A stretch of 64,000 bases of DNA from Eledone cirrhosa (taxonomy: Eukaryota). This document shows positions 1-12,759 of this stretch, in pieces. The notes beneath the pieces are model-generated. The model was given only the letters and a program-made list of their open reading frames with translations, searched no databases and was not told the origin of the DNA. The translations under genes were made by a program, and so were the position numbers. Where the stretch lies: assembly GCA_964016885.1 (NCBI GenBank), contig OZ024743.1, positions 343,604,001 through 343,668,000 of the forward strand. Direction: 5' to 3'. The first letter of the stretch is position 1, and every line of letters begins with the position of its first letter.

Positions 1-84
1 ATTCTATGCTTCTATGCTTTAACAACTGCCAATTTACCACCTACATTTCAAGACACAGTAAAAACAGTAGATAGCACTACTTAC

Positions 85-175
85 CTGCATTGTTTGTCCT
101 TGTTTTAGGAGGTTGGCTTTACACACAGATTCATAATAATCATAATAAGTGGGGAAAGATTTCTCCATTACTTCT
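85..175 (-). CDS. UBE2Z: UBE2Z coding exon 6 (gene continues left of the window)
   Basis: ttcag|A GAA GTA...ATG CAG|gtaagt; encodes (R)EVMEKSFPTYYDYYESVCKANLLKQGQTMQ, matching the recalled UBE2Z C-terminal region; phase fits exon 5. Confidence 0.92.
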
Positions 176-440
176 CTGAAGATAAAAGATAGAAATAACA
201 TTAAGTAAATGATCACTTAATGAATATAAACTACTTCTAGATTAGAAAAAAAACTGTCATTACAAACCTAATGAGGGTCTATGGTGTATTATTTACATAT
301 CTTGAGCTTCAACTTCCCTAGACTATGTATATATGTGTGTATATATAGCATTGGTGATACAATAAAATCGTAGTGATTGTGTCGTGCAAAAATGTGTCCA
401 GTACAATCTGTAAAATGATAGTGCTGGTGCCAAGATGAAA

Positions 441-590
441 TCATCACCGTTTTACATCCATTTCTCCATTCTAGCATAGGTTAGACGAGTTATCCTGTTG
501 TGGGCAATGCTAGGTCAGGTGACCATGTCTTGCTCATACAGAACTGATTCTAGCTTGGTTTCTATGGCTGGATGCCCTTCCTAACGCTAA
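441..590 (-). mobile_element. RTE 3'-tail fragment
   Basis: Reverse complement of the 3' UTR at ~3555-3715 (ggatgcccttcctaac, ggttagac, catcaccgtttt). Confidence 0.75.
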
Positions 591-630
591 AATGATTATC
601 ATTAGGAAGAGCATCCAATTGTAGAAACAA

Positions 631-3600
631 AGAATCATTAAACTCAGACTAGTCCTGAATAAGACAATTACCACAATAATATCAGCTTACGCACCCCAAT
701 CGGGGCTGCCAGACGAACTTAAGGATAGGTTTTACGAGTCCCTAATACACACTACTGCTCTAACAGACGACAAGGACTTCCTAATCATTGCAGGAGATTT
801 TAACGGACACGTAGGTAAACACTGCGACGGCTTCAATAGAGTACATGGAGGCCATGGAGTTGGCACAAGGAATGAGGAAGGATTCAGACTTCTAGAATTC
901 TGCGACGCCAATGACATGTCGATATGTAACACAAACTTTAAAAAACCCGACAACCACCTGATCACCTATAGATCAGGGGAGCACTCTAGTCAGTTAGATT
1001 TTATCCTCATCAGAGGACGTGACAGATGGACGGTCGTAAACACAAAAGCCTTCCCTAGTGAGGAATGTACATCCCAACATAGCTTAGTTGTCAGCGACCT
1101 CACGGTCAGAACTAGACGAGCCCTGAAACAGAGGCCAACCTGGAGAAGAAAGATCTGGAAGCTGAAAGTCCCCTCAACCAGTAACAGATTTAAAGATATT
1201 TTACTCAACGCCTACGACAGTAAAGAAGAACAGATAGAGACATTTAACGTAGAAGAGAACTGGGAGTTCCTAAAAAATAACTTACTAGAGGCGACGGATG
1301 AGGTTTGTGGCTGGAGTAAGACCTCAAGCAGGAGGAGAGTGACTTGGTGGTGGAACAATAAGGTAGATGAAGCAGTCAAGGCCAAGAGACAGGCATGGAA
1401 AGAATGGAAGAACGGGGGGAGCAGGGTACATTACATAGAGACCAAGAGGGAAGCTAGGCGACAAGTATACTTAGCTAGGAGGGAAGCAGAGGATAGAAAA
1501 TTCAAGCATGTTTTACAACGTGAGGACCAGAAACAGGAGGTATTCAAGATTGCGAGGCAGTGTGTCAGAGATAGTTGTGATGTCATTGGAGAGAAGTGTA
1601 TCCGGAATGATAAAGGTGAGCTTGCCCTCACAAGTGCTGAGAAGAAAGATGCATGGAAGAGTCATTATGATAGATTACTAAATGAGGAGAATGCATGGGA
1701 AGAAGAGACCCTACCCCACGTAGACCCTATAGAGGGACCAGCAGTACAAGTCAGCGGCAGCGTAGTAAGTAAGGCAATCAGAGATATGAAGATAGGGAAG
1801 GCAACCGGTCCATCGGGTATAGCTGCCGAGATGCTGAAGGCATCTGGGTCTGTAGGTCACACTATAACCACACGTATCGTTAACCAGGTAATACTAGAGG
1901 GGGCCATACCAAAAGATTGGTGCAGTAGCATCATTGTCAACTGCTACAAAGGTAAAGGCGATGCACTAGATAGAGGAAACTATAGAGGTATAAAGTTGAT
2001 GGACCAGGTCATGAAAGTAACAGAAAGAGTTATAGCACAGCTGATTAGGGACCGGGTGAATATAGACGAGATGCAATTTGGGTTTGTTCCAGGGAAAGGC
2101 ACCACTGATGCGCTCTTCCTTGTGAGGCAATTACAGGAAAAGTACCTAGCTAAAAGTAAGCCACTCTACTTGGCATTTGTCGACCTTGAGAAAGCCTTTG
2201 ACAGAGTTCCACGTGCAGTAATCTGGTGGGCTCTTAGAAAACTAGGAGTAGATGAATGGCTTGTGAAAGCGGTACAAGCCATGTATAGGGGAGCAGTCAG
2301 CAAAGTTAGGATTGGCAATGAGTATAGCGAGGAATTTAGCGTACAGGTTGGGGTCCACCAGGGCTCTGTTCTTAGCCCTCTCCTGTTCATCATAGTCCTG
2401 CAGGCAATAACGGAGGAGTTTAAGACCGGATGCCCATGGGAACTCCTGTATGCTGATGACCTCGCACTCATAGCTGAATCTATGGTAGAACTAGAGAATA
2501 AATTCCAAACCTGGAAGCAGGGACTAGAGAGAAAGGGCCTCAAAGTCAACATGACAAAGACTAAGGTCCTTATAAGTAGACGAGAAAACAGAACCCAGAT
2601 CCCCTCAGGGAAATGGCCTTGCTCAGTATGTAGGAAAGGTGTAGGTAGGAACTCCATTCTTTGCCCCAAATGCAAACAATGGGTACACAAGAGATGTAGC
2701 GGGATCTCAGGAAGCTTAATTAAGAATGTAGGATTCACATGCAGCAGCTGTGCTGAAACAGCAAGCAAACAGCCACAGGAAACAAGTACCACCAATCTCT
2801 GGGAGGGCCCTGTAGAAACAGTAGACAGCTTCTGCTACCTAGGTGACCGAATTAGCAACGGAGGTGGGTGCTCAGAAAGTACAATAACTAGGGTAAGAAC
2901 GGGATGGAAGAAGTTTAGGGAACTACTACCACTGCTAGCTGCAAAAGGCTTCTCCCTCAGAATGAAAGGCAGACTGTATGATGCGTGTATCCGAACAGCG
3001 ATGTTGCATGGTAGTGAGACCTGGGCGCTGAAGGTGGAAGACTTACGTAGATTAGAGAGAAACGAAGCCTGCATGCTCCGATGGATGTGTAACAGTAATA
3101 TACGTGAACGACAAAGCATAAATGAATTGAGAGAGAGACTGAGCATAAGAGGAATCAAATGCTGCGTGCAGGAGAGGCGGTTACGCTGGTATGGACATGT
3201 GATGCGTATGAAGGATGACAGCTGCATAAAAAGGTGCAGAGCACTAGAAGTTGATGGAAACCGCGGAGTGGGGAGACCCAAGATGACTTGGGATGAGGTG
3301 ATAAAAGCCGACCTTACCCAACTACACCTCTCAAAGTCAATGACACACGACCGTGACTTCTGGCGTCACGCAGTAATACAGGGTACCCGACCTCCCATGG
3401 GTACATGCTGATGCATATAAACAATATGCCCCCCCCCCCCCCCCCACCGCAAGGTGGTCGTGGAGGTGCCACGGCAAAAAAGCACCCAGCCCACACTGTA
3501 AAGTGGACGTGTAGGCGCCACGAAAAAGCACCCAGCACTCACTGTAAATGAGGTTGGTGTTAGGAAGGGCATCCAGCTGTAGAAATCAAGCCAGATCAGT

Positions 3601-3718
3601 TCCTGTATGAGCAAGGCATGGTCAGCCGACCAGACACTGCCCACAACAGGACAACCCGTCTAACCCATGCTAGCGTGGAAGAACGGACGTAAAACGGTGA
3701 TGATGATGATGATGATGA
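631..3718 (+). mobile_element. RTE-clade LINE, 5'-truncated within the APE endonuclease, remaining ORF uninterrupted
   Basis: Open frame from ~625 to 3411: ISAYAPQ, GDFNGH, QFGF, LEKAFD, QGSVLSP, YADD, LRWYGHV; 3' UTR and (TGA)n tail; lies in UBE2Z intron 5, antisense. Confidence 0.95.
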
Positions 3719-4098
3719 ATGTCCAAAATAGAACATATGAGTAAGATGGAACCGAACAATGAGTGAGTGTTGCATAAAAAAATGCTGTTTACTGATGGTG
3801 GAGGATAGCTGTTAGAAAAAGTTAGGAGGATGTTGGAAGATCTGGTAAGATCAGAGGCCAGATCTTAAGATGTTGAGTTTCACAGGTCACGGTATGTTGT
3901 ATAAACAGAACAGTTTATTTATTGATCCCAGTAATTGACAGATACTTTATTGAACTCAGAATGTAAAGAGCTGGAACAAATACCTCAAGGCATTTTTTAA
4001 TGCTTCTGCCAATCTACTGCCTAAGATGATGAAAATAGTGATTATGATGAGCATGATGAAGATGATGGTGGTGGTGATGATGAGAAAAAATATAATAC

Positions 4099-4211
4099 CG
4101 TAGTGCTTGAGGACAGCTACATCGTTCTTCCAACATATCACAAACTGCAACCCGTAGAGATTCGTGCTGTATCACATCATTATACCGCTTAGCATCACCA
4201 ACATTACGCTC
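4099..4211 (-). CDS. UBE2Z: UBE2Z coding exon 5
   Basis: cag|GAG CGT...CTA CG|gtatta; [38 protein letters not shown]. Confidence 0.92.
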
Positions 4212-4689
4212 CTGTTTAACAGAAAAATGGAAACAGTTCACTGAAAGTGTATTGTCTCTAACACCTAGAGATATAGAGAAATAACAACTGGAAGTGACAG
4301 TGTTACACCAGATAGAAAGAGAGCAACAGAAATATTAAATAACAAAACAAGATTTGGTTTGTTGCTTAAGCAAAGGCCTTGACAAGAGATGTTAAGCATG
4401 ACCTTGATGAGAGAAGATAAATATGGCTTAATGAAAGCTGTTGATGATGGATCAGTTTTGGCAATGTGCATTCAGTTGTTTGATCCACTGAAATAGCTGC
4501 TCATTGAGTTAATGTGTAAATGGCTAAGTATTACACAGACATGTGCACTCCTAACTTAATTCAAAAGCCAAATTAGTATGGCGCAATATGACATGGCTGG
4601 ACCTTTGAGTTACAGCTTGGTTTCTTCTAATGAGCTTCTACAATTTTTCAATCATCTTCTTTGGCCAATTATTTATAGAGCGGGGGGGT

Positions 4690-5105
4690 CTTAGGACAAG
4701 AGTCCTCAGACATGTCTTCCAGAGAATCCTACCAGAAATAACCATCTCTAATCAATCCGGCTGGACCCCCAAGTGATACCAACTGAGCTCCTAGATGTTA
4801 TCTAACCATCTTGCTAGTGGTCTACCTCTAGGTCCGCTGCTGGTTGGCTTTGTTTGTAAAATTTGCCTAGCAAGTCTCTCCTTAGACATTTAAAACATGT
4901 ACGTAGCATCAGAGCTGTAATGGCTCTATATGAAGTAACTCCCTGATCTGAGCTATGCAACCTATTGAGTGATGTTACTCCAAAGACCCTTTGAAGGAAC
5001 CCCATTTTGGCCACTTGTATTCTTTCAGTCATTACCCAAGATTTATGATCATAGGTAAGGGTAGGTATAAATATTGAATTGAAGATAGCGAGTTTAGCAC
5101 TCATA
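4690..5105 (-). mobile_element. Degraded RTE-type LINE C-terminal fragment
   Basis: KLAIFNSIFIPTLTYDHKSWVMTERIQVAKMGFLQR resembles the RTE post-RT region; frameshifted. Confidence 0.6.
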
Positions 5106-5753
5106 ATTTTACAAGTACCCTCAAGATCCTTTACAACAACTACAAAGTACATGACTAATATGTCACTAACATTACAATCATTCTTATTCTAAAGATGAGG
5201 TTTTAAAGGTCTTGAAATGCTCAAAGACTTATGAATTTAGGAAAATTGTTCTAAAACAAAGAGCTGATAAGAAAACTGGGGGAAAAAGTAGACAGAGGTA
5301 ACTGTCCACTTTTTTCTGCCTCCAGGGGTAATTTACTAAATTGTCTTATCTATTATGATCAAGTATTATTGTAGTCATTTGCCTTGGGATGACCACATTT
5401 TAAATTACAACTTTTCCTAATGCTTCTCAAGCATATATAAATTAAAGCCTTCCATAATTTTATATAAGAACCCTTTGTTAGAGTAATGTTCCAAACATCA
5501 ACTTAATAATAAAAAGGGTTAAGTTATGTCATTAAGCTCCTTCAAATTTTTCATTATTTTCAAATTTAGTCTAAATACTTGGGCTATGCATTTCAGAGAT
5601 ATAACAAACATGCTCAGCGAAATATATCAAAGTTATCTTCCCTGAAAGAATTTACAGCTGAAAAGTTTAATGTGCACTAAGAGAGAAAAGTTATAAAGAC
5701 AACTACAAGTTATCAGTAAAATGTGAATTTACATGCATGTATATAAAACGAAC

Positions 5754-5865
5754 CTGCTCAAATCCTGGTTCATTATGATATGGTTTGTCATTCATTAAAG
5801 ACTGGATGGATATAAGAATGCTTGAAAGAGACTGAGCAGGACTCCAGCATGGGCCACTCCATGTC
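5754..5865 (-). CDS. UBE2Z: UBE2Z coding exon 4
   Basis: tatag|G ACA TGG...GAG CAG|gttcgt; (G)[40 protein letters not shown] fold. Confidence 0.94.
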
Positions 5866-5933
5866 CTATACAATAGAAGAGAAATGTAAGGTGAAATGTA
5901 TGTATACTTTATTTGCAGTAATAATAATAATGA

Positions 5934-6225
5934 TATTTCTACTTTTAGCACAAGGTCAACAATTACCCCAGTACATTACTGGTACTTTGTTTTATCGACC
6001 CCCGTAAGGATGAAAGGCAAAGTTAACCTTAACGGATAATAATAATAATAATTGTTTCTACTTTTGGCACAAGGCCAGCAATTACCCCAGTACATTACTG
6101 GTGCTTTATTTTATCAACCCTGTAAGGATGAAAGGCAAAGTTAACCTGATGGGATTTGAACTCAGAACATAAAGGGCCATAACTCTTATGCTACAAAGCA
6201 TGGTGTCTGACACTCTAATGACAAC
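5934..6225 (-). mobile_element. Two tandem copies of a tRNA-derived SINE (Nin-domain-like core)
   Basis: Core ttatcgaccccgtaaggatgaaaggcaaagttaacct; same family recurs many times in the window. Confidence 0.85.
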
Positions 6226-7281
6226 TATAATAACGGCAATAATAAAAAAAAGAAAAAAGAATGAGAAGAGGAGGGGGTTGCAAGAACTCTAGTATCGCAG
6301 AAGTGAGGGGGTAAAGGTGGAGGGTGATTGGGGCCTAGGGCAAAGGGGCAGAAGTGCTGCGCCCTATAGACAAGACGGCAGGAAGTAAGGTAATGATTTA
6401 TGTATTTCAAACCATTCTTCAGCAATGTCAAGAACACGACAATTCTTTACAACTGGATGATCTTGTTGATACTATCCTTTTTAGTCAACTATGACATGGA
6501 GAGATACAATGTACCTATTCTAAATTAGATACCAGATAAACACACATTTAATGATTTCTTTATCATCATTTCACTTCTGTTTTCCCTGTTAGAAGAGTAG
6601 GACAAGTCATCACAGACCAAGTCAATGTTTAATTGGAACCACCCATCCCTCAGATAGGCTATGAGTTTGTCTCGTTTACATATGTTCCTGTTGTCTACAG
6701 AGTGTGCCATACATTTTATTGTGGGACCAACACAAATGAGGTGATGTCCTTAGCACAAGTGAAGAGTCTTCTTGACCATTTGTTTGGCAAGTTTTCTAAG
6801 GTTTGATGCCTTTATTACCAACAACCACTTTACAGTGTGAACTGGGTGCATTTTATAATGTCACCAATACTAAAGAGATTGTTATATCTTTGACACAAAG
6901 GAAGAGTTGTTTCAATCCTTTTTTTGGCATAGTTTCTATAGCTGAAAGCCCTTCTTATCACCAACCACCTTACAGGGTGTACTGAGTGTTTTATCATTGC
7001 ACTAGTACTCAGCAGGCTGTCAGTCATTTACTCAACTGAAAGCCCTCTCTACCGTATGGAAGGGGAATGAATGGTGGAGAAGGATGTGACAATAGGTGGG
7101 GGAGGGGACACAATGACGATATATCATGGGTGTGTTTTTTGGACATAGGGAATAGTATAGAACAAATATAGCTATTAACAAAATTCAACTGCTTCAGTTT
7201 TACTGTAAAGGTAACTCCATAAAAATATAAAAAATATCATAGCTTTAATTTTACTTAATGTAAATGTTAAAAAATATGTCA

Positions 7282-7445
7282 TGGAGGCACATGGCTTAGT
7301 GGTTAGAGCATTGGGCTTGCAATCGAAAAGTTGTGAGTTTAATTCTCAGACCAGGTGATTGTTGTTTCCTTGAGCAAGACACTTTATTTCACATTGCTCC
7401 AGTTAACTCAGCTGTAGAAATGAGATGATAGGACTGGGGTCCCTA
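7282..7445 (+). mobile_element. tRNA-derived SINE, second family
   Basis: A-box-like tggcttagtggttagagc followed by ccttgagcaagacacttt core. Confidence 0.65.
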
Positions 7446-7454
7446 TCATTCCAC

Positions 7455-7854
7455 TACAAAGTGGTCGTAGAGGTACCACGGCTAAAAAGCACAGCCCACA
7501 CTGTAAAGTGGACATGTAGGCGCCACGGAAAAAAAGCACCCAGCACTCACTGTAAATGAGGTTGGTGTTAGGAAGGGCATCAAGCCAGAAGGAAGGGCAT
7601 CAATCAAGCCAGAATCAGTTCCCGTCCCACCCTTGCAAGCAGGATATCAAAACTAGAAATAAGTGATGACATAACCACTATCTATTAGTCAATATATCGA
7701 TTTACCATGATCATCTTACTAAAACAATCGTAAAAAAATGAACTAATTAAGAACTTATCTTTAACTTTTGTTTTATTTTTATTGTTCAATACGCACACAC
7801 ACACATTCTATATATATACACACAAACACATGGAAAAGTTAATGTTAAATAACA

Positions 7855-7886
<32 letters not shown>

Positions 7887-8067
7887 TATGCCGCCACCTC
7901 ACTTCCACTGTAAAGTGGTCGCGTAGGCGCCGCAGTAAAAAAGCACCCAGCACTCACTGTAAATGAGGTTGGTGTTAGGAAGGGCATCCAGCTGTAGAAA
8001 TCAAGCCAGAATCAGTTCCCGTCCCACCCTTGCAAGCAGGAAAAAGCAGACGTAAAATGATGATGAT
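7455..8067 (+). mobile_element. Composite: RTE tail + AT-rich segment + second RTE tail
   Basis: RTE 3' UTR occurs twice; the 7641-8008 part matches 39630-40037 in reverse complement. Confidence 0.8.
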
Positions 8068-8670
8068 TACATTGTGGAAGAGACTTTCTATTCACTAGAA
8101 TACACATACAAACTGTTACATTTACTTTCCCTCTTTGTTTTTATTTCTGTTTAGTTAGGGAAGGAAAGGCAATGCCAATGGCCTTTATCAGGACCTCCAA
8201 GAATATTGGAAAAGAGAATGCTTGAAACAGTTTATTCCACTAAGGGTATCTAAGGGCCAGTTGATGGTGTTATATATAACTACCATTCAAGAATTAAGGT
8301 GGCCAATTGATTAAAATGCCTAGGTATTTGCTCTTGTTCATTGTACTCTGAGTAAAAATCTGGTCAAGTACAACACTACTTTTCATCCTTTTGAGGTCAA
8401 TAAATAAGGTACCAGTTCAGTATTAAAGTTGATTCTTCCTCTATCCCCCTTTCTCTTTTGCCTGTTCTGTCCAGAAGAGGGACGTGCTCAGTCAGATTTA
8501 AAAATACCCTAGACATGCAATGTATCAGGATGGTATCCTTTTGATTCCATCAAATGTTAAGAGTCCTTTATTTTACCTACCCAAGAATTGTATCGACCTC
8601 ACATTTAATTCATGGTGTCAACAATTTTCTTACACTCTTATCAATGTTCAAATAGTAAGTTTTTACTTAC

Positions 8671-8858
8671 CCTATGATACTTAAACACACCTTACCACTT
8701 CTGTAAAGGTTAGGGTTAAACCGGACTCGGCTATTACCAGTGGTCATCAGTTTTACTCGAGGCGGCCTGATGGGGTAATCTGGTGGACATCGAATTAGGA
8801 AATAGAAGAAACCTCCTTCGTAGGGCGTATCAAAAGGTCCAGTAACTAATGCATGAAT
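8671..8858 (-). CDS. UBE2Z: UBE2Z coding exon 3 with catalytic cysteine
   Basis: cag|ATT CAT...ATA GG|gtaagt; [18 protein letters not shown]...[18 protein letters not shown] (E2 active-site motif). Confidence 0.96.
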
Positions 8859-9713
8859 CTGAAGAAATAAAACAGAAATGGACAATAGTAAGAGCAATAT
8901 GTAACCAACTATAATCATAAAGATGATTGTCAATTATAGAGATCCTTGTGCATATTGCAGATATCTTTTTTGATTACACTGATAAAACAATAAGGCTTCA
9001 CCTGCTAGCAATAGCAGCCGAATTGCCCTTATGGCCATGTAGAGGCTTGTAGAAATGTTTGCTCTAAACTAGAAACCATGTAGTTCAAAGTAAATTTTGT
9101 AACCACACAGCTATAACAAATAAACAAAATTTAGTTATCTTTTTATAAAAAATATAAGAAGTCACTTGGCTGCTATTGCTTGCTGGTTGAACCTTGGTTT
9201 ATGAGTGGGGTAATAGAGAACACCTAACTCATCCATATATCTAGATATTTTAGCAAGCCTCTTCATGTTGATGAAGATGATATAAAGCAGTATTACCACA
9301 AGACAGGAGTAGAGAGGTAAAAACGAGAGTTGATGGAGCCAAGCAAGTACTAAGCCCAGGCCAAATGTAAAATCTAGACTGCCAAAACTGGTAATAGTCT
9401 CGAGTAAGATATAAAATGTAAGCTCTATTTCAAAATTCTGATTAAATATTTCAGTTATCAGTTCTAAATATATGATTTAAGCATGGATTATATACTTGTA
9501 ATGTACATATTAAAATAACTAAACAGAATAAAAGAACCTTCTGGCCTGGTCATACATACATGCTTCTCATTGCACACACACACACATTCCTAAATAATTA
9601 AATACTCTAGATGGACTGGCCCCTTAAGAGCAGCACAACTCAGCAAATGAAGGCCAACAACAACAACAACAAAACAAGCAACATAATATAAAGCACAGCT
9701 GAGTGAGACTTAC

Positions 9714-9786
9714 TTCTGTAATATCTTCTTTATCTGGAACTATACACATTCCTGGAGGCGGTTCATTGTATATTGTCATTATATCT
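9714..9786 (-). CDS. UBE2Z: UBE2Z coding exon 2 (not in the ORF track)
   Basis: tttttgcag|A GAT ATA ATG...ACA GAA|gtaagt; (R)DIMTIYNEPPPGMCIVPDKEDITE; phases join exons 1 and 3. Confidence 0.93.
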
Positions 9787-10152
9787 CTGCAAAAATAAAA
9801 TACATTAAATCTTTTATTAAATTGTTTAAATAATTATTTTTATTGATGTGGTTTATTTGTTTCTTTAATGCAAAGGTGGTCTAAAATTGACAACTGATCC
9901 CAGTATTCTATTGGAACATGTCAGACCTCTTAAATCCAGCAACTTTGGGACCGGGACATTGCCCAACCATGGAAAATGCCAGAAAATAGAAACTGACTCC
10001 TAACGGGAACTCCTATGTAAACAAACTTGCCATCTCATTCCACATGTTTCATCAAAGCTAAAACAAAACTTAAAACAGGAAATAATTACAACTAATAATG
10101 TTTCCCCCAAAAAAGGTTTTATTGTTTCATGTAATATAAAGTCCGAAACAAG

Positions 10153-10933
10153 TCATCATCATCATCAACGTTTAACGTCCGTGTTCCACGCTTGCATGGG
10201 TTTGGACGGGGGTAGTCCCACTTGAGGCAAGAGTGATTGTCTTGCTCGCATAGGACTGTCTGGCAGGTTTTCTACAGTTGGATGCCCTTCCTAACACCAA
10301 CCACATTTACAGTGTGGGTCTGGGAGGTTTTTACCGTGTTGCCTACACGGCCACATTACAGCGTGGACTGTGTGTTTTTTTGTCGTGACACCTACACGAT
10401 CTCATTTGTTTCGGCCTCGATGGCGCGGCACCAACATAACTTTACATAGAACGGGGTGGTGTGGATGGGGTGGGGGTGGTGGGGGTGGGACGGGGTGTAT
10501 TTTGTTAGAGATGCCTACTGGCTGGAGTGGGTTTTACTATATATTTAGGTAAGGCGGGTCTTCTCTGTTACTGAGTACCGCCAAAGGTCTCGGTCCAGTG
10601 ACATTGTCTTGGAGAGGTGTAAGTGTGTGATGTCGGAGTTTATCAGCTCGTCCCAGGTTTTTCTAGGTCTGCCTATTCCGTGACTACCGTCTATCTTTAT
10701 TGCCCTGCACTTTGTTATACAGCTGTCGACTTTCATGCGCATCACGTGTCCATACCAACGTAGCCTTCTCTCGAGTAAACAACATCTGATCCCTCTTATC
10801 TCTAATTTTTTCCTTAGTTCGTTTATGCTTTGCCGTTCACGTATATTACTGTTACACATCCAGCGGAGCATGCAAGCTTCGTTCCTCTCTAGTCTGCGTA
10901 TATCCTCTGCACACAATGCCCAGGTCTCACTGA
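10153..10933 (-). mobile_element. 5'-truncated RTE LINE, subfamily 2
   Basis: SETWALCAEDIRRLERNEACMLRW...; (TGA)n tail; closely matches 54940-55718. Confidence 0.92.
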
Positions 10934-11473
10934 TGTAATATAAAGTCCAAAACAAGTAATAAGTCACCTAAACACTTGACTACAGTAAAACAAATTTGGC
11001 AACCTGCTGCTGTTAACAGTGCTGCCACAGTAGCAGATCAACCTAAAGGCAGCAAATTCAAAACACACTGTACTATAGAGTGCCAGATTTAAGAGCTCCA
11101 ACCTCAACTTAGTTTACTAACCACAGAAGGATTTAAAGGTTGAGTTGAATTTGCTGACCTAAATTAGAAATGAACACGGGAGAAAATGTAGGGAAGACCA
11201 AAGTCATTATCACTATGATAAACATTAAAATAGAACAACATTTGGTAGTTGATATAGTGTGTTAAATAGCAATTTAAGACACAGTGAAGGGAGATAGTGC
11301 ATCTGTAGTTAGATAGTGCATTGGTTGTTGTAGTGTGTTGATGAGTGAGTCTTTCTTTGTCAATCATATAGCCTTCTGTTGGACGAGATCTGCGAGATGT
11401 ATGTAGCAGCAGTATGCTAGATATAGGAACAATACTACATTGTGGGTCTTACACTTTGTAGAGTTAGCAATTA

Positions 11474-11727
11474 CAGTGTTGCCAAATCAATCTCATAAAA
11501 AGTAGTGAATACTTCCAAAATGTAGCAGGTTGCATTAGAAAGTACTTCAGCATGAACATTTTTACTAGTAAATTTTATAAAAGATATATAAGGATTGCCT
11601 GTACGTCAGTTCTAATTTACTTAATATTCATTAAAATTTTCAAGAAGTAGCCCAAATTATTAAATAGTATTTTGCAGTCCTGAAGTGTAGCACCATAGGC
11701 TACTTGTAGCCCAATCTGGCAACCCTG
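11474..11727. mobile_element. hAT-type MITE
   Basis: TIRs CAGTGTTGCCAAAT / ATCTGGCAACCCTG; 8-bp TSD agcaatta/agcaattg. Confidence 0.85.
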
Positions 11728-12759
11728 AGCAATTGATCTGAGATGAAATATTTCCTGCATTTGTAGAGGAAGACAGTTTTAACGATGTTATAGATATGTG
11801 GTCATCAGGAACATTCATAGATTGTGAAGTCTATGATGTATGGGGACATAAAAGGGGTTTTAACTGCATATTGTACAAAACTAGAAAGGGTTAGTTATAT
11901 AATAGTCAGATGGATGATCTCTTCCATTACCATATTTCTAATGGAATATATTGATTATTTTCATAATTATTTGAAAATCATAGGCAAGAAATTGGAAAGG
12001 TTTTATAACTTATTAAGCTGGTGTTTAGAACATAACTTAAAGGTTCTTACATAAAATTATGATGGAAGGGTTTTAGATAAAGATAAACATTTTAAAACAG
12101 TTTAGTATAATAGAACCAAGGGCAGTTTGGAATCAAAAAGGTTAAATGACAAATTAGAAGTATGTATTAAGCTGTAAAACTGTTGAAAACAACATCACAA
12201 AGTTAAACAGTTACTCTATAATGGACTAAAACAACAGCTTTCAATACTGGAAAAGTGTAGGGAATGTTATCAAATTATAATAGGGACACTGACTGATTAG
12301 CTATGTTGTGTTAAGATTGAACTCTAGATAGACCTAGTATGGGTGTGTATGTGGAAGGAGAGGTGGACTGCTCTCTCTATATGGACAGCTATAGCTATCC
12401 AAACATGGAGAACAGAACAGGAATTAAAAGGTGGAGATAGAATTTTGACTAAAAAGTATATGAAGACAAGTAGTAGTGTTTCAAAGACTTCAGAGTAGAG
12501 TTGAAAAGGAGCAAACTCAGCAAATATCAGGTGTGGTGTGATAAATGTGAACTTAAATGAATTGAAGGTGGTTGCTGTAGTTTAGCTCCAGCTCAGCTCT
12601 GATTGAGTAAACTGATTTAATGTGGGTTAAAAATCAAAGGTTGATTGATGACTGTTGATGTTGAGTTTGCCAGAAGTGGGTTCTTGCATTAGCAGCGGTG
12701 ACTTGAAAAGGCGAGAGAGATGGACTGAGAGTCACTCAGATGTGAAATAATTTAAGGTA

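Noticed and set aside
2166-3281. Long antisense ORFs over the RTE
   Set aside because: Shadow frames of the RT coding strand.
916-3411. Domesticated or autonomous reverse transcriptase gene
   Set aside because: 5'-truncated in the endonuclease, retains the LINE tail, and a near-identical broken copy lies at 15688-16910.
11760-12700. Possible decayed coding element sharing ~60 bp with 13810-13870
   Set aside because: No diagnostic protein motif could be read, so it was not classified.
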